Assembly: GCA_025454815.1 (NCBI GenBank)
Contig: JALONR010000007.1
Location: 2,445 to 66,444 of the forward strand
DNA length: 64,000 nt
Source of the DNA: Bacteroidales bacterium
GTDB taxonomy: Bacteria > Bacteroidota > Bacteroidia > Bacteroidales > VadinHA17
Reading direction: 5' to 3'
Notes under the pieces: generated by a model
Databases searched by the model: none
What the model was told of the DNA's origin: nothing
What the model saw: the letters and a program-made list of their open reading frames with translations, nothing else
In this document: positions 21,120 to 29,799 of the stretch, piece by piece
How positions within the stretch are numbered: the stretch's first letter is position 1
Layout of the letters: every line of letters starts with the position of its first letter
Made by a program: the position numbers and the translations under genes

Positions 21120-21791
21120 ATGAGGTTTCCGGTTCTGAAAAACTCTCCTCTTTTCGGAGGACTCAGTGATCCTGAGATAGAAAAACTGCTTGATTCGGTA
21201 AATTACAGGGTAAGATATTTTCATACAGGGTCAGTCGCTGCCCTGGCCGGAGAGGAAATTTCTTCACTGATGATAGTGCTGTCAGGAAGTGTAAGGGGAG
21301 AAATGACGGACCTGTCAGGGCGCACAATGAAGATAGAGGACATAAATCCGCCTCATGCGCTGGCAGCTGCAGTGCTTTTCGGCGGAGGGGCAAAATACCC
21401 GGTTAATGTCATTGCCAACATAGATTCGGAGCTTCTTATCATCAACAAGCATGATTACCTGACACTGATGGCGGGCGACAAAAGGCTCCTCTCCAATTAC
21501 CTGACCTTTATATGCAACAAGGCACAGTTCCTTTCAGGCCGGCTGAGGTTTCATTCTTTCCATACAATCAAGGGCAAATTTGCCCATTATCTCTCATCTC
21601 TTCCGGGTGCTTCTTCGGGAAAGGTACGGGTTGACCGTTCCCAGCAGGAACTCTCAGAATACTTTGGTGTGGCCCGGCCATCACTGGCAAGGGCGATAGG
21701 AGAGATGGAGCAGGACGGGCTGATTTCTGTCAACCGGAGGGAGATAAGGCTTCTTGACCTGAAGGGGCTCTCTAAACTCACCGGTGCCTGA
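21120..21791 (+). CDS. Crp/Fnr-family transcriptional regulator (HcpR-like)
   Basis: 223 aa with a cNMP-binding-like beta-roll and a C-terminal HTH (QQELSEYFGVARPSLARAIGEMEQDGLI). It is divergent from the hcp operon. Confidence 0.85.
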   Translation: MRFPVLKNSPLFGGLSDPEIEKLLDSVNYRVRYFHTGSVAALAGEEISSLMIVLSGSVRGEMTDLSGRTMKIEDINPPHALAAAVLFGGGAKYPVNVIANIDSELLIINKHDYLTLMAGDKRLLSNYLTFICNKAQFLSGRLRFHSFHTIKGKFAHYLSSLPGASSGKVRVDRSQQELSEYFGVARPSLARAIGEMEQDGLISVNRREIRLLDLKGLSKLTGA

Positions 21792-21848
21792 CATATCTGT
21801 CAGGGATGAAGCTGCCCTCAGGAGAATGAACATTTCAGCCGGTTCCGG

Positions 21849-23945
21849 CTACCTGAGCCTGCCAGCCTGTTCAGGACCGGGAAGGATCACGGTGAAGCAG
21901 CTTCCTTCGCCCGGAGTGCTTTCAACGGCAATAGTCCCTTTGCTCAGTGTGACAAGTTCATGAACAAGCCTGAGGCCGATTCCCGTTCCCTTTTCCGAAT
22001 CGGTGCCCGGGGTGGATTCAATCTCCTGTCCCGAGAAGAGTCTCTTCTGACGCTCGGGAGAAATGCCCACACCGTTGTCACAAATCCTGATGGTCACCCA
22101 GTCAGATGATTCCTCCTTTTCCCTGACATGGATTGTAACCCTTCCCCCGTGGTTCGTGTACTTGATGGCATTTGACAGCAGGTTCCGTATGACGATGTCC
22201 ACCAGGTCACGGTCAAACCACCCCCTGGATCTTCCCACCTGTGTGAAGTTGATGGAGATATTTTTCCTGTCTGCACCATCTTTCAGGATACTTATGTTTG
22301 TAAGGATGATTTCAGCAAGGTCATTTTCTGCTGGTGCATATCTGATCATGTCTTCCTGCCCCTTGCCCCATACAAGCATGTTTTCAAGGAGGCTTATAAG
22401 CTGCTGCGAATACTGTATGCATGAATCAGCGAGTGATTCCGTTTTGTCGCGGAACTCCTCCTCCTTGAGCATGTAGAGTGTATAGAGTATATTGACCACC
22501 GGGCTGCGGAGGTCATGTGATATGACTGAAAAGACCTTGTTTTTCAGGCTGATGGTTTCAGAAAGCTTTTTATTCTGGAGTGCAATCTGCTCATTCCGGG
22601 CATTAAGTTCCTCGGTTCTCTCCATAAGTTCCCTGGTCCTTTCCTTAACCCTGCTTTCCAGGTTGCGGTTCAGCTCCTCAAGCTGCACCGCCAGCTTCTC
22701 CCGCTCCTTGCCTCGACTGACCCAGTCACGAATAAGCAGTGTTGCCTGTATCAGAACGAATACCAGCATGAGGAAGGAGAGGATATAGAGATGCTGGTTC
22801 TCTTCCATGGCATTGGAGAGAAGAATGTCAGCAACCACCCCGATGATAATTGCCAGGAATGCCACCAGGTAAAGCATATCTGTCCTGCTCCCTTTTATTG
22901 CCCCTCTCAGGCTCATGCCTACCGCATAAAGAATCAACACCATGGCAACGGGCTGGATCACCCACACCAGCCAGGTGAATAGATGAACCGGCAGAAACAC
23001 AACAGAAGCAATACCGGCAACAAACAATACGTCCACCGCAAAAGCAACTCTCCTGAACCACATGGTGGGGTAAATCAGGTATGCCAGCCATGCACCGGAA
23101 GTAATCATGCACCAGAGGATAATATATTCGCCTCTGATGATGAGATGCCATTCCCTTATATCTATTATGGCGGCAAGGTAGGGAGCTGAAAGGAAGGGGC
23201 GAAGGGCAAGACTAAGAACCAGTATTGAAAACATCAGAAGCTTCCTGTCCCTCCTGTCGAGCATGTAAAATATGAAGAAGAAGAGGAATGATGCAAAGAG
23301 CATCCCGGATGCTGCGATGGATATAAACCACTGGTTGGTAAAGTTGGTCTGTATGGAATGGAAGGTGCCTGCCTTCATCGGCATCCAGAAACCTCCCCTC
23401 CGGTGCTCATAATTTGAGACCCTGATCAGCAGTTCCAGGGTGTCACTCTTAGGTACAAAACTGAAGAAGAGCGGTTCGTATGCCGGGATTGATTCAGCCC
23501 TGCTCCTGGCCGGGGTACCGTTCCTGGCCATTGTGACACCGTTTATGCTTATTTCATAGGAAGTGTCAAAGACAGGCATGTCAAAACCCATCCTGTCACG
23601 GTATCCCGATGGGAGCAGTATCAATGTCCTGTAAGTGCCGTAACCGAAACGGGGCAGATGCTGCCCGTCAACAGTGTAATCGCTCCAGTATCCAGGAACT
23701 TTCCCGTAGTGAGCCGGAGGCAGGGTATCGCATATTTCCCCCGGGGTACCATAGATGAATGTGCCGAAGTAGAATTCCCACTCACCGTTCATCCTGACGG
23801 TGAATTCATCTCCCTGCTCCAGATGCCTGAGATCAAGCACACCCTTCTCAACCCTTTCAGAGATGCCGGAGGCATTTCCCGGAAAGAGGGCAATAAGGAG
23901 CAGGATGAGGGATATCCTGCCCGGCACACCCATCCTGTAATACAT
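21849..23945 (-). CDS. sensor histidine kinase, 7TMR-DISM type
   Basis: Signal peptide and extracellular domain (GVLDLRHL...NGEWEFYFG), 7 TM helices, a coiled coil, H-box FSVISHDLRSPV, N box LLSNAIKYT, and G boxes DNGVGI / GTGIGL. Confidence 0.9.
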   Translation of the reverse strand: MYYRMGVPGRISLILLLIALFPGNASGISERVEKGVLDLRHLEQGDEFTVRMNGEWEFYFGTFIYGTPGEICDTLPPAHYGKVPGYWSDYTVDGQHLPRFGYGTYRTLILLPSGYRDRMGFDMPVFDTSYEISINGVTMARNGTPARSRAESIPAYEPLFFSFVPKSDTLELLIRVSNYEHRRGGFWMPMKAGTFHSIQTNFTNQWFISIAASGMLFASFLFFFIFYMLDRRDRKLLMFSILVLSLALRPFLSAPYLAAIIDIREWHLIIRGEYIILWCMITSGAWLAYLIYPTMWFRRVAFAVDVLFVAGIASVVFLPVHLFTWLVWVIQPVAMVLILYAVGMSLRGAIKGSRTDMLYLVAFLAIIIGVVADILLSNAMEENQHLYILSFLMLVFVLIQATLLIRDWVSRGKEREKLAVQLEELNRNLESRVKERTRELMERTEELNARNEQIALQNKKLSETISLKNKVFSVISHDLRSPVVNILYTLYMLKEEEFRDKTESLADSCIQYSQQLISLLENMLVWGKGQEDMIRYAPAENDLAEIILTNISILKDGADRKNISINFTQVGRSRGWFDRDLVDIVIRNLLSNAIKYTNHGGRVTIHVREKEESSDWVTIRICDNGVGISPERQKRLFSGQEIESTPGTDSEKGTGIGLRLVHELVTLSKGTIAVESTPGEGSCFTVILPGPEQAGRLR

Positions 23946-23948
23946 CGG

Positions 23949-26042
23949 CTACTGGTTGATAAAGCCCCTGTTTTCAAGCAGAGCCTCAATACCCGGCTCA
24001 CGGCCCCTGAATGCCACCCACATCTCGAGTTCATCCTTTGATCCCTTTCGGGCAAGGATCTCCTTCTCAAAACGGGCTGCCACCTCCCTGTTGAAGATGT
24101 CTCCAGTCTCCTTGAAGGCCTTGAATGCATCGGCATCAAGCTGCTCACACCAGATGTAGCTGTAATAACCGGCCGAATATCCGCCTATGATATGACCAAA
24201 GTAAGTTGACCTGTAGCGGGGAATGATCTCGCTGATGAGCCCGTACTTTTCCATGGCTTTCTTTTCAAACTCACCGATATTGAGCTCAACGGGTTCTGTA
24301 AGGGAGTGGTACTCCATGTCGAGCGATGAGGCTGCAAGGTATTCTACCGTGGTAAAGCCCTGGTTGAACTTGCCAGCCTTCTCAATCTTTTCAATGAGTA
24401 CATCAGGAATGACTTCTCCTGTCTGGTAGTGTTTTGCATATACCTTCAGCACTTCCGGTTCAAAAACCCAGTGCTCCATAACCTGCGAAGGAAGCTCCAC
24501 GAAATCGCGTGAGACTCCGCTGGTATACTCAGTATTTGAGAGGAGGCTATGAAGGGCATGACCGAATTCATGGAAGAGGGTGCTGGCTTCATCCGGGGTA
24601 AGGAGTGAGGGTGTATCGCCTGAGGGAGGAGTGAAGTTGGTGACCATGCTTACCAGCGGTGTTACGAATTTGCCCTTTTCGTCAAGTCTCTGTGGCCTCA
24701 TGGCGCTGCACCATGCACCGCCGCGCTTGGATGCCCTGGGATGGTAATCTATCATCAGTATACCTACATGCTTATTATCGCGCTTCACCTCAAACGTCTT
24801 TACATCAGGATGATATAGAGGAATGTCATTACGCTCGCTGAACTCCAGCCCGTAAAGTCTGTTGGCTACATAAAACATCCCGTCAGTGACGTTCTTGGCT
24901 GAGAAATAAGGTTTCGTCTCCTCATCACTCAGGTCATACTTCTCCTTGCGTATCTTCTCGGTATAGTAGAACCAGTCCCACGGCTCGAGTTTGAACTTGC
25001 CGCCTTCCCTGTCAATCAGTTCCTGCTGCGCTGCCGCTTCAGCCTTTGCAACCGGAAGTGCGGCATCCCATATCTGCGCAAGGAAGTTCAGCACTGTTTC
25101 AGGTTCCTTGGCCATGTTGCGCTCCAGCACATAGTCAGCATGACTCTCGTAACCGAGAAGCCTGGCTTTTTCAACACGAAGCCTGATTATGTCACCCAGG
25201 ATCTGGTTGTTGTCACGCTCGTTTCCGTTGTTGCCGCGCATCATGTATCCCCTGAACATCTTTTCCCTGAGCGCCCTGTTGTCAGCATAGGTCATGAAGG
25301 GGAAATAGCTGGGAGCCTGAAGGGTGAAAAGCCACTTCCCTTCCATACCCTTTGCCTTTGCGGCATCGGCAGCCTGTGCCCTCAGACCTTCCGGAAGTCC
25401 TGAGAGATCAGCCTCATTGTCGATTACCAGCGTAAAACCGTTGGTTTCGGCCAGAAGATTCTCACCGAATTTTACTCCCAGCAATGAGAGCTCACTGTTG
25501 AGCTTGCGAAGCTTTTCCTTGTCTTCCGGTGAGAGGCCGATTCCGTTGCGGATGAATCCCAGGTACTGGTCTTCAAGCAGCTTGCTCTCCTCGGGAGTGA
25601 GGTTGAACTTGTCACGGTTCTCATAAACCGATTTAACTCTTTCAAAAAGTTTCTCATTGAGTGAGATGTCATCCTGGTGTTTTGAGAAGAGAGGTGACAT
25701 TTCCCTCGACAGCGCCTGGATTGAATCATTGGTATTGGCGCCTGACAGCGGACCCCATGCGCGCTGCACTTTCTCAAGCAGCTTGCCGGTGAACTGGAGT
25801 GCCCTGATGGTGTTGTCAAAGGTGGCCTCTTCGGTGTTGTTTATGATGGCATTGACTTCAGCCATCTCTTCTTCCATCCCTTTCAGGAAAGCCGGCTTGA
25901 AATGCTCGAATTTTATCTGGTCAAACGGTGGTACCTCGAATGGAGTATCCCAGTCGCAGTAAAACGGATTCTCGCAGCTCTCCTTCTTGCAGGAGATAAC
26001 CCCGAGCGATGCAATCAAAAGCATAATCAGGAATTTTTTCAT
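23949..26042 (-). CDS. dcp: M3-family peptidyl-dipeptidase (lipoprotein)
   Basis: HEFGHALH zinc motif, 697 aa, and lipobox LIASLGVISC. Confidence 0.9.
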   Translation of the reverse strand: MKKFLIMLLIASLGVISCKKESCENPFYCDWDTPFEVPPFDQIKFEHFKPAFLKGMEEEMAEVNAIINNTEEATFDNTIRALQFTGKLLEKVQRAWGPLSGANTNDSIQALSREMSPLFSKHQDDISLNEKLFERVKSVYENRDKFNLTPEESKLLEDQYLGFIRNGIGLSPEDKEKLRKLNSELSLLGVKFGENLLAETNGFTLVIDNEADLSGLPEGLRAQAADAAKAKGMEGKWLFTLQAPSYFPFMTYADNRALREKMFRGYMMRGNNGNERDNNQILGDIIRLRVEKARLLGYESHADYVLERNMAKEPETVLNFLAQIWDAALPVAKAEAAAQQELIDREGGKFKLEPWDWFYYTEKIRKEKYDLSDEETKPYFSAKNVTDGMFYVANRLYGLEFSERNDIPLYHPDVKTFEVKRDNKHVGILMIDYHPRASKRGGAWCSAMRPQRLDEKGKFVTPLVSMVTNFTPPSGDTPSLLTPDEASTLFHEFGHALHSLLSNTEYTSGVSRDFVELPSQVMEHWVFEPEVLKVYAKHYQTGEVIPDVLIEKIEKAGKFNQGFTTVEYLAASSLDMEYHSLTEPVELNIGEFEKKAMEKYGLISEIIPRYRSTYFGHIIGGYSAGYYSYIWCEQLDADAFKAFKETGDIFNREVAARFEKEILARKGSKDELEMWVAFRGREPGIEALLENRGFINQ

Positions 26043-26149
26043 ATCGGTTCTGTTTTGGATTTGAGTGGCTAAAATATGTATTAATGGATTAATTTACAAA
26101 GAGACAGCTCTCAATTCGTCTGTTTTGCAGCATGAGAGGCTGCAACTTA

Positions 26150-27898
26150 TCAGCTATATTCTATCAGGGGATCACCCTTGCGTATCTTATCGCCGCTTTT
26201 TACAAGTATATGCCTGACGGTTCCGTCACGGTCAGCAAGGATTTCCCTGAATGTTTTTCCTATCATCAGGTACATCAGTATCTCACCCTTCTTTACTTCA
26301 TCACCCACGTTGAGCAGTTCCTCATCAGGCCAGAAGGTTGAGGTGGCACCTGAGTAGAGCAGCGCAATTCCCTCTTCCGGTGAGGTAAGCAGTTTTCTCG
26401 GAGTCACCTTTGCAGGTGTTCCTGATGACATTTCTGCCTCTTTTTCCTCAATCTCCTTCAGGAACCGTTTTTTTGCCACACCTGATTTGAAATCGCGGTA
26501 CTGCCTGTCATGCATGGCCAGCTCAAAGAGCTCTTCCTCATCTGGCCCGGTCTGCCAGCCGTTCTCCTCCATCTCCCTGCGATAGCCGTCAAGTGCATCA
26601 GGATAGTTATCCTGAGGGTTACCCTCGTAGAACTCCTTACCCTCCCTGTGTGCAAGGTCAATCAGTTCCTGTGCGAGAGGGCCGGGCAATGTGCCTGCCT
26701 TTCCCAGGAGCATGTCCCAGGTATTGGGGTCAATCATTGCAAACCGTTCCTTTCCGTTTACCAGGGAGACTATATTCATGAGGGCCACATTCTTGACATA
26801 CTGGCTGAAAGGAGTTACCAGTGGAGGATAACCCATCATGGGCCAGATATGCTCCACCTCCCTGAAGAGTGAGACAACAAGCTCATCTTCAGTCATATCA
26901 GGTTTATTTTTTGCTTTCAGGGCAGCATTGATCCCCTGGTGTACCCCCTTCAGGTCAGCCATCATGCTTCCCATCATTCCGCCTGGCAGCCCTGACCCGA
27001 TCAGCAGCGAGGTCATCTGCCTGTTGCGCTGATCAATGAAGTAACCGAGGAAATCATCAATGAATTCCTGTGTCAGTGACCTGACCTTCATGTAGGCGTC
27101 CATATTTATTTCCGGCACGTCAAACCCGGCATCCTTCATCACTGCGTGGACGGCAATCAGGTCAGGGTGCACCATCCCCCAGCTGAGCGGTTCCATGGCC
27201 ACGTCGAGGTAGTCGGCGCCTGCCCGGGCCACTTCAAGCATTGATGCCACCGACATTCCGGGGCCGCTGTGGCCGTGATACTGCACAATTATCCCGGGAT
27301 ATTTCTTCTTGATCCTCCGGACCAGTTCGCCAAGGGAGGCCGGCCGTCCCACACCAGCCATATCCTTAAGGCATATCTCATCTGCACCGTACTCCACTAC
27401 GCGGTCAACCACTCCCATATAATAATCAACGGTATGCACCGGCGAGTGCGTTATTGAAAGTGCTGCCTGCGATATCATCCCTGCCTCACGTGCGTACTTC
27501 ACTGAAAGTTCCAGGTTACGGTGGTCATTCAGTCCGCAGAAGGAACGGGCGATATCCACCCCCTGTGCCTTCTTGACCCTGAACATCAGACGCCTTACGT
27601 CAGCGGGAACAGGATACATCCTTATCCCGTTCAGGGCCCTCTCCAGCATATGAGTCTGTATGCCTGCACGGTTAAATGGTTTAACCCATTCCCTGACCGC
27701 GGTGTTCGGATTCTCACCGTAAAGAAGCTGAACCTGCTCAAAGGCGCCGCCGTTTGTCTCGATACGGTCAAAGCACCCCATCTCCACTATATGCGGAGCC
27801 ACGGCTGTAAGCTGCTCAACCCTTGGCTGATACTTGCCGGAGGACTGCCACATGTCACGGAACATGAGACTGAATTTTATCTTCTTCTTCATAGCCAT
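26150..27898 (-). CDS. carboxyltransferase 5S / oxaloacetate decarboxylase alpha-like subunit with C-terminal biotinyl-like domain
   Basis: N-terminus KIKFSLMFRDMWQSSGKYQPR, an HMGL-like TIM barrel (HGHSGPG), and a C-terminal lipoyl/biotinyl-fold domain with Lys in the non-canonical context MIGKT. Confidence 0.8.
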   Translation of the reverse strand: MAMKKKIKFSLMFRDMWQSSGKYQPRVEQLTAVAPHIVEMGCFDRIETNGGAFEQVQLLYGENPNTAVREWVKPFNRAGIQTHMLERALNGIRMYPVPADVRRLMFRVKKAQGVDIARSFCGLNDHRNLELSVKYAREAGMISQAALSITHSPVHTVDYYMGVVDRVVEYGADEICLKDMAGVGRPASLGELVRRIKKKYPGIIVQYHGHSGPGMSVASMLEVARAGADYLDVAMEPLSWGMVHPDLIAVHAVMKDAGFDVPEINMDAYMKVRSLTQEFIDDFLGYFIDQRNRQMTSLLIGSGLPGGMMGSMMADLKGVHQGINAALKAKNKPDMTEDELVVSLFREVEHIWPMMGYPPLVTPFSQYVKNVALMNIVSLVNGKERFAMIDPNTWDMLLGKAGTLPGPLAQELIDLAHREGKEFYEGNPQDNYPDALDGYRREMEENGWQTGPDEEELFELAMHDRQYRDFKSGVAKKRFLKEIEEKEAEMSSGTPAKVTPRKLLTSPEEGIALLYSGATSTFWPDEELLNVGDEVKKGEILMYLMIGKTFREILADRDGTVRHILVKSGDKIRKGDPLIEYS

Positions 27899-27944
27899 AT
27901 TTGTTACCTGCCGTTCACCGGAAAGGGAGCCGGCATTGAAGGCT

Positions 27945-27952
27945 CAAAGATA
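27945..27952 (-). promoter_or_regulatory. candidate -7 box (TATCTTTG) for the carboxyltransferase gene
   Basis: The reverse complement of CAAAGATA matches TAnnTTTG, 47-54 nt upstream of the ATG at 27898. Confidence 0.35.
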
Positions 27953-27990
27953 ATCCGGTTTGTGATTACAAAATTGATAATTGTCAAGGA

Positions 27991-28028
27991 TATAAAAAGA
28001 AAGAAGGCACTTATGCAAGCGCCTTCTT
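27991..28028 (-). terminator. Rho-independent terminator after the 28099-28557 gene
   Basis: On the minus strand there is a stem AAGAAGGC / GCCTTCTT (8 bp) followed by TCTTTTTATAT. Confidence 0.6.
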
Positions 28029-28098
28029 ATCAACCTAAACCTGATCGTAGACAGGCCGGACGGCCTGATTAAGGAAGGAAAAAATCTTTCTCCCCGGT

Positions 28099-28557
28099 CT
28101 ACTCCTTTATGAGTTCCGGGAAATAGGATGCAATAAGTACCGTTGCATCAAAATCCTGGGTCTGGCCCTGGGCAATGACCTTCTGATGGAAATAATCACT
28201 CCTGTCAAGTTTTTCATCGCAGGTGGAGAGGCCACTCTCCTTGTACTTGCCGTCAACCTTGTTGACCCCGAAGAATTTACCGTCACAGGTATACATCACT
28301 GAAAGCTCGTCGGAGATAACCACATAATTCTTGCATCTTTTTTCCTTGTCAACGAGTACCTTTACCTGTAAAGGTGACTTCTCATAACTGATGAGGTAAC
28401 ATTTCATTTCCTCACCTGCCAGCATCACCGGCTGATCACTCAACTCAATGGTGTAGGTGCCAAAGGAGGTGTTTGAATCACCCCTTGCAATGACTTTGCC
28501 GAACGAAAGGGCTGAGAATGCGGCAAATACCAGTAAAACAAACATAATTCTTTTCAT
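28099..28557 (-). CDS. hypothetical secreted protein
   Basis: The internal Met gives a clean signal peptide, MKRIMFVLLVFAAFSALSFG. I recognised no family. Confidence 0.6.
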   Translation of the reverse strand: MKRIMFVLLVFAAFSALSFGKVIARGDSNTSFGTYTIELSDQPVMLAGEEMKCYLISYEKSPLQVKVLVDKEKRCKNYVVISDELSVMYTCDGKFFGVNKVDGKYKESGLSTCDEKLDRSDYFHQKVIAQGQTQDFDATVLIASYFPELIKE

Positions 28558-28771
28558 GACTACCCGTTTTTGTTTAACACTTAACTGTCCTTTGAAAAAA
28601 GCGGAACTGTCCTTTTCCATCCTCTTTCCGATATAAAGACCGGCAACCCCCCTTTCTGTTGCATGTTTTTTTTGTTAAACTTTTGTTAAGCATGGGGAAA
28701 ATTTTATAATCGTCATATTATCAGCATTATAAGATCTAAAAAATATTTTTTCCTACAGGTCCGGACAGCCG

Positions 28772-28803
28772 TTTGGTTATCTCATATACCTTTTTTATCT
28801 TTG
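28772..28803 (+). promoter_or_regulatory. Bacteroidota sigma-A type promoter (-33 TTTG, -7 TATCTTTG) of the GRE operon
   Basis: TTTG at 28772-28775 and TATCTTTG at 28796-28803, with a 20-nt spacer. This predicts a ~158-nt leader before the ATG at 28968. Confidence 0.5.
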
Positions 28804-28967
28804 TGTTGCAAATTCAGGGTATGAACAGTCTGGAACACAGGTTTATGATGAACCGCCTCGGCAGAAGGCTCTATCATTGCCTCATGTTCTACGCCCGGTA
28901 GCCTTTCATGCAGGACAGGTAAATCCTGCTTCCCCGGTTATTTTTCCTGACCAACAGTTCATTTACT

Positions 28968-29768
28968 ATGAAAGGCTTGATATTCAGTATAAAAAAGTAT
29001 GCAGTTCATGACGGCCCCGGCATCAGGGTCACAGTCTTCATGAAAGGTTGTCCGCTCGACTGCTGGTGGTGTCACAATCCGGAGGGGAAGGAGAAAGCGA
29101 TCCGCATGGTTGAGAGGATTGACAGGGTAGGAGATAAGGAATTCAGGTCAATGGAGCAGGTGGGTCATGAGTATACCCCGGAGGAGATTCTGGCTAAGGT
29201 TGAAACAGACCGGGTATTCATGGAGCACTCGGGCGGAGGTGTCACTTTCTCCGGCGGTGAGCCCCTTATGCAGCCGGTGTTCCTCCGCGAAACACTGTCA
29301 TTACTGAAACAGTCCGGATTCCACACCGTGGTAGACACTTCGGGATATGTGCGGAGGGAGATACTTCAGTCGGTCATCCCTTTCACTGACCTCTTTTTGT
29401 ACGACATCAAGCACACTGATCCTGAGATTCATAAAAAATTCACCGGAGTGAGCAATGAACTTATCATCTCGAACCTTGACATGCTCCTGGCGGAAGGTAG
29501 GGATGTGATGATACGAATCCCGGTAATCCCGGGAGTATCTGCTGATGCATCATACATGCAGCAGTTGGCAGGCTTCATCGGGAGCCGTGACAACGGACAT
29601 ATAAAAGAGATTAACCTGCTGCCCTATCACAAGACCGGCAGCTCCAAGTACCGCCGTTTCGGAATGGGAGACAGGATGGTATCCTACAACCAGATATCAA
29701 ACGGCCACCTGGATGATTATATTGAAATTCTGAAACCGCTCGGAATTCATGTTAAGAAGGGCGGATGA
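28968..29768 (+). CDS. glycyl-radical enzyme activating protein (radical SAM)
   Basis: GCPLDCWWCHNPEG (CX3CX2C) and SGGGVTFSGGEPL motifs. 266 aa. Confidence 0.9.
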   Translation: MKGLIFSIKKYAVHDGPGIRVTVFMKGCPLDCWWCHNPEGKEKAIRMVERIDRVGDKEFRSMEQVGHEYTPEEILAKVETDRVFMEHSGGGVTFSGGEPLMQPVFLRETLSLLKQSGFHTVVDTSGYVRREILQSVIPFTDLFLYDIKHTDPEIHKKFTGVSNELIISNLDMLLAEGRDVMIRIPVIPGVSADASYMQQLAGFIGSRDNGHIKEINLLPYHKTGSSKYRRFGMGDRMVSYNQISNGHLDDYIEILKPLGIHVKKGG

Positions 29769-29799
29769 GATTAAAAGCAAAAAAGAAGGAGACATTTAT

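Noticed and set aside
28672-28689. Two TTGTTAA elements (Rex half-site sequence) upstream of the GRE promoter.
   Set aside because: They are direct repeats 11 bp apart, not an inverted repeat with a 4-nt spacer, so they are not a Rex operator. They are kept only as a possible activator site in the leader finding.
28852-28863. ACCGCCTCGGCA in the GRE-operon leader resembles, with one mismatch, the conserved 3' box of the pfl/ZTP riboswitch (ACCGCCTGGGCA as I remember it). That motif is named for its position upstream of pfl genes.
   Set aside because: The conserved 5' half (GGGTCGTGACTGGCGG-like, which provides the GGCGG pseudoknot partner) is absent from the leader. A single near-match 12-mer is not enough. 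A cmsearch with RF01750 would settle it, but I do not call a riboswitch.
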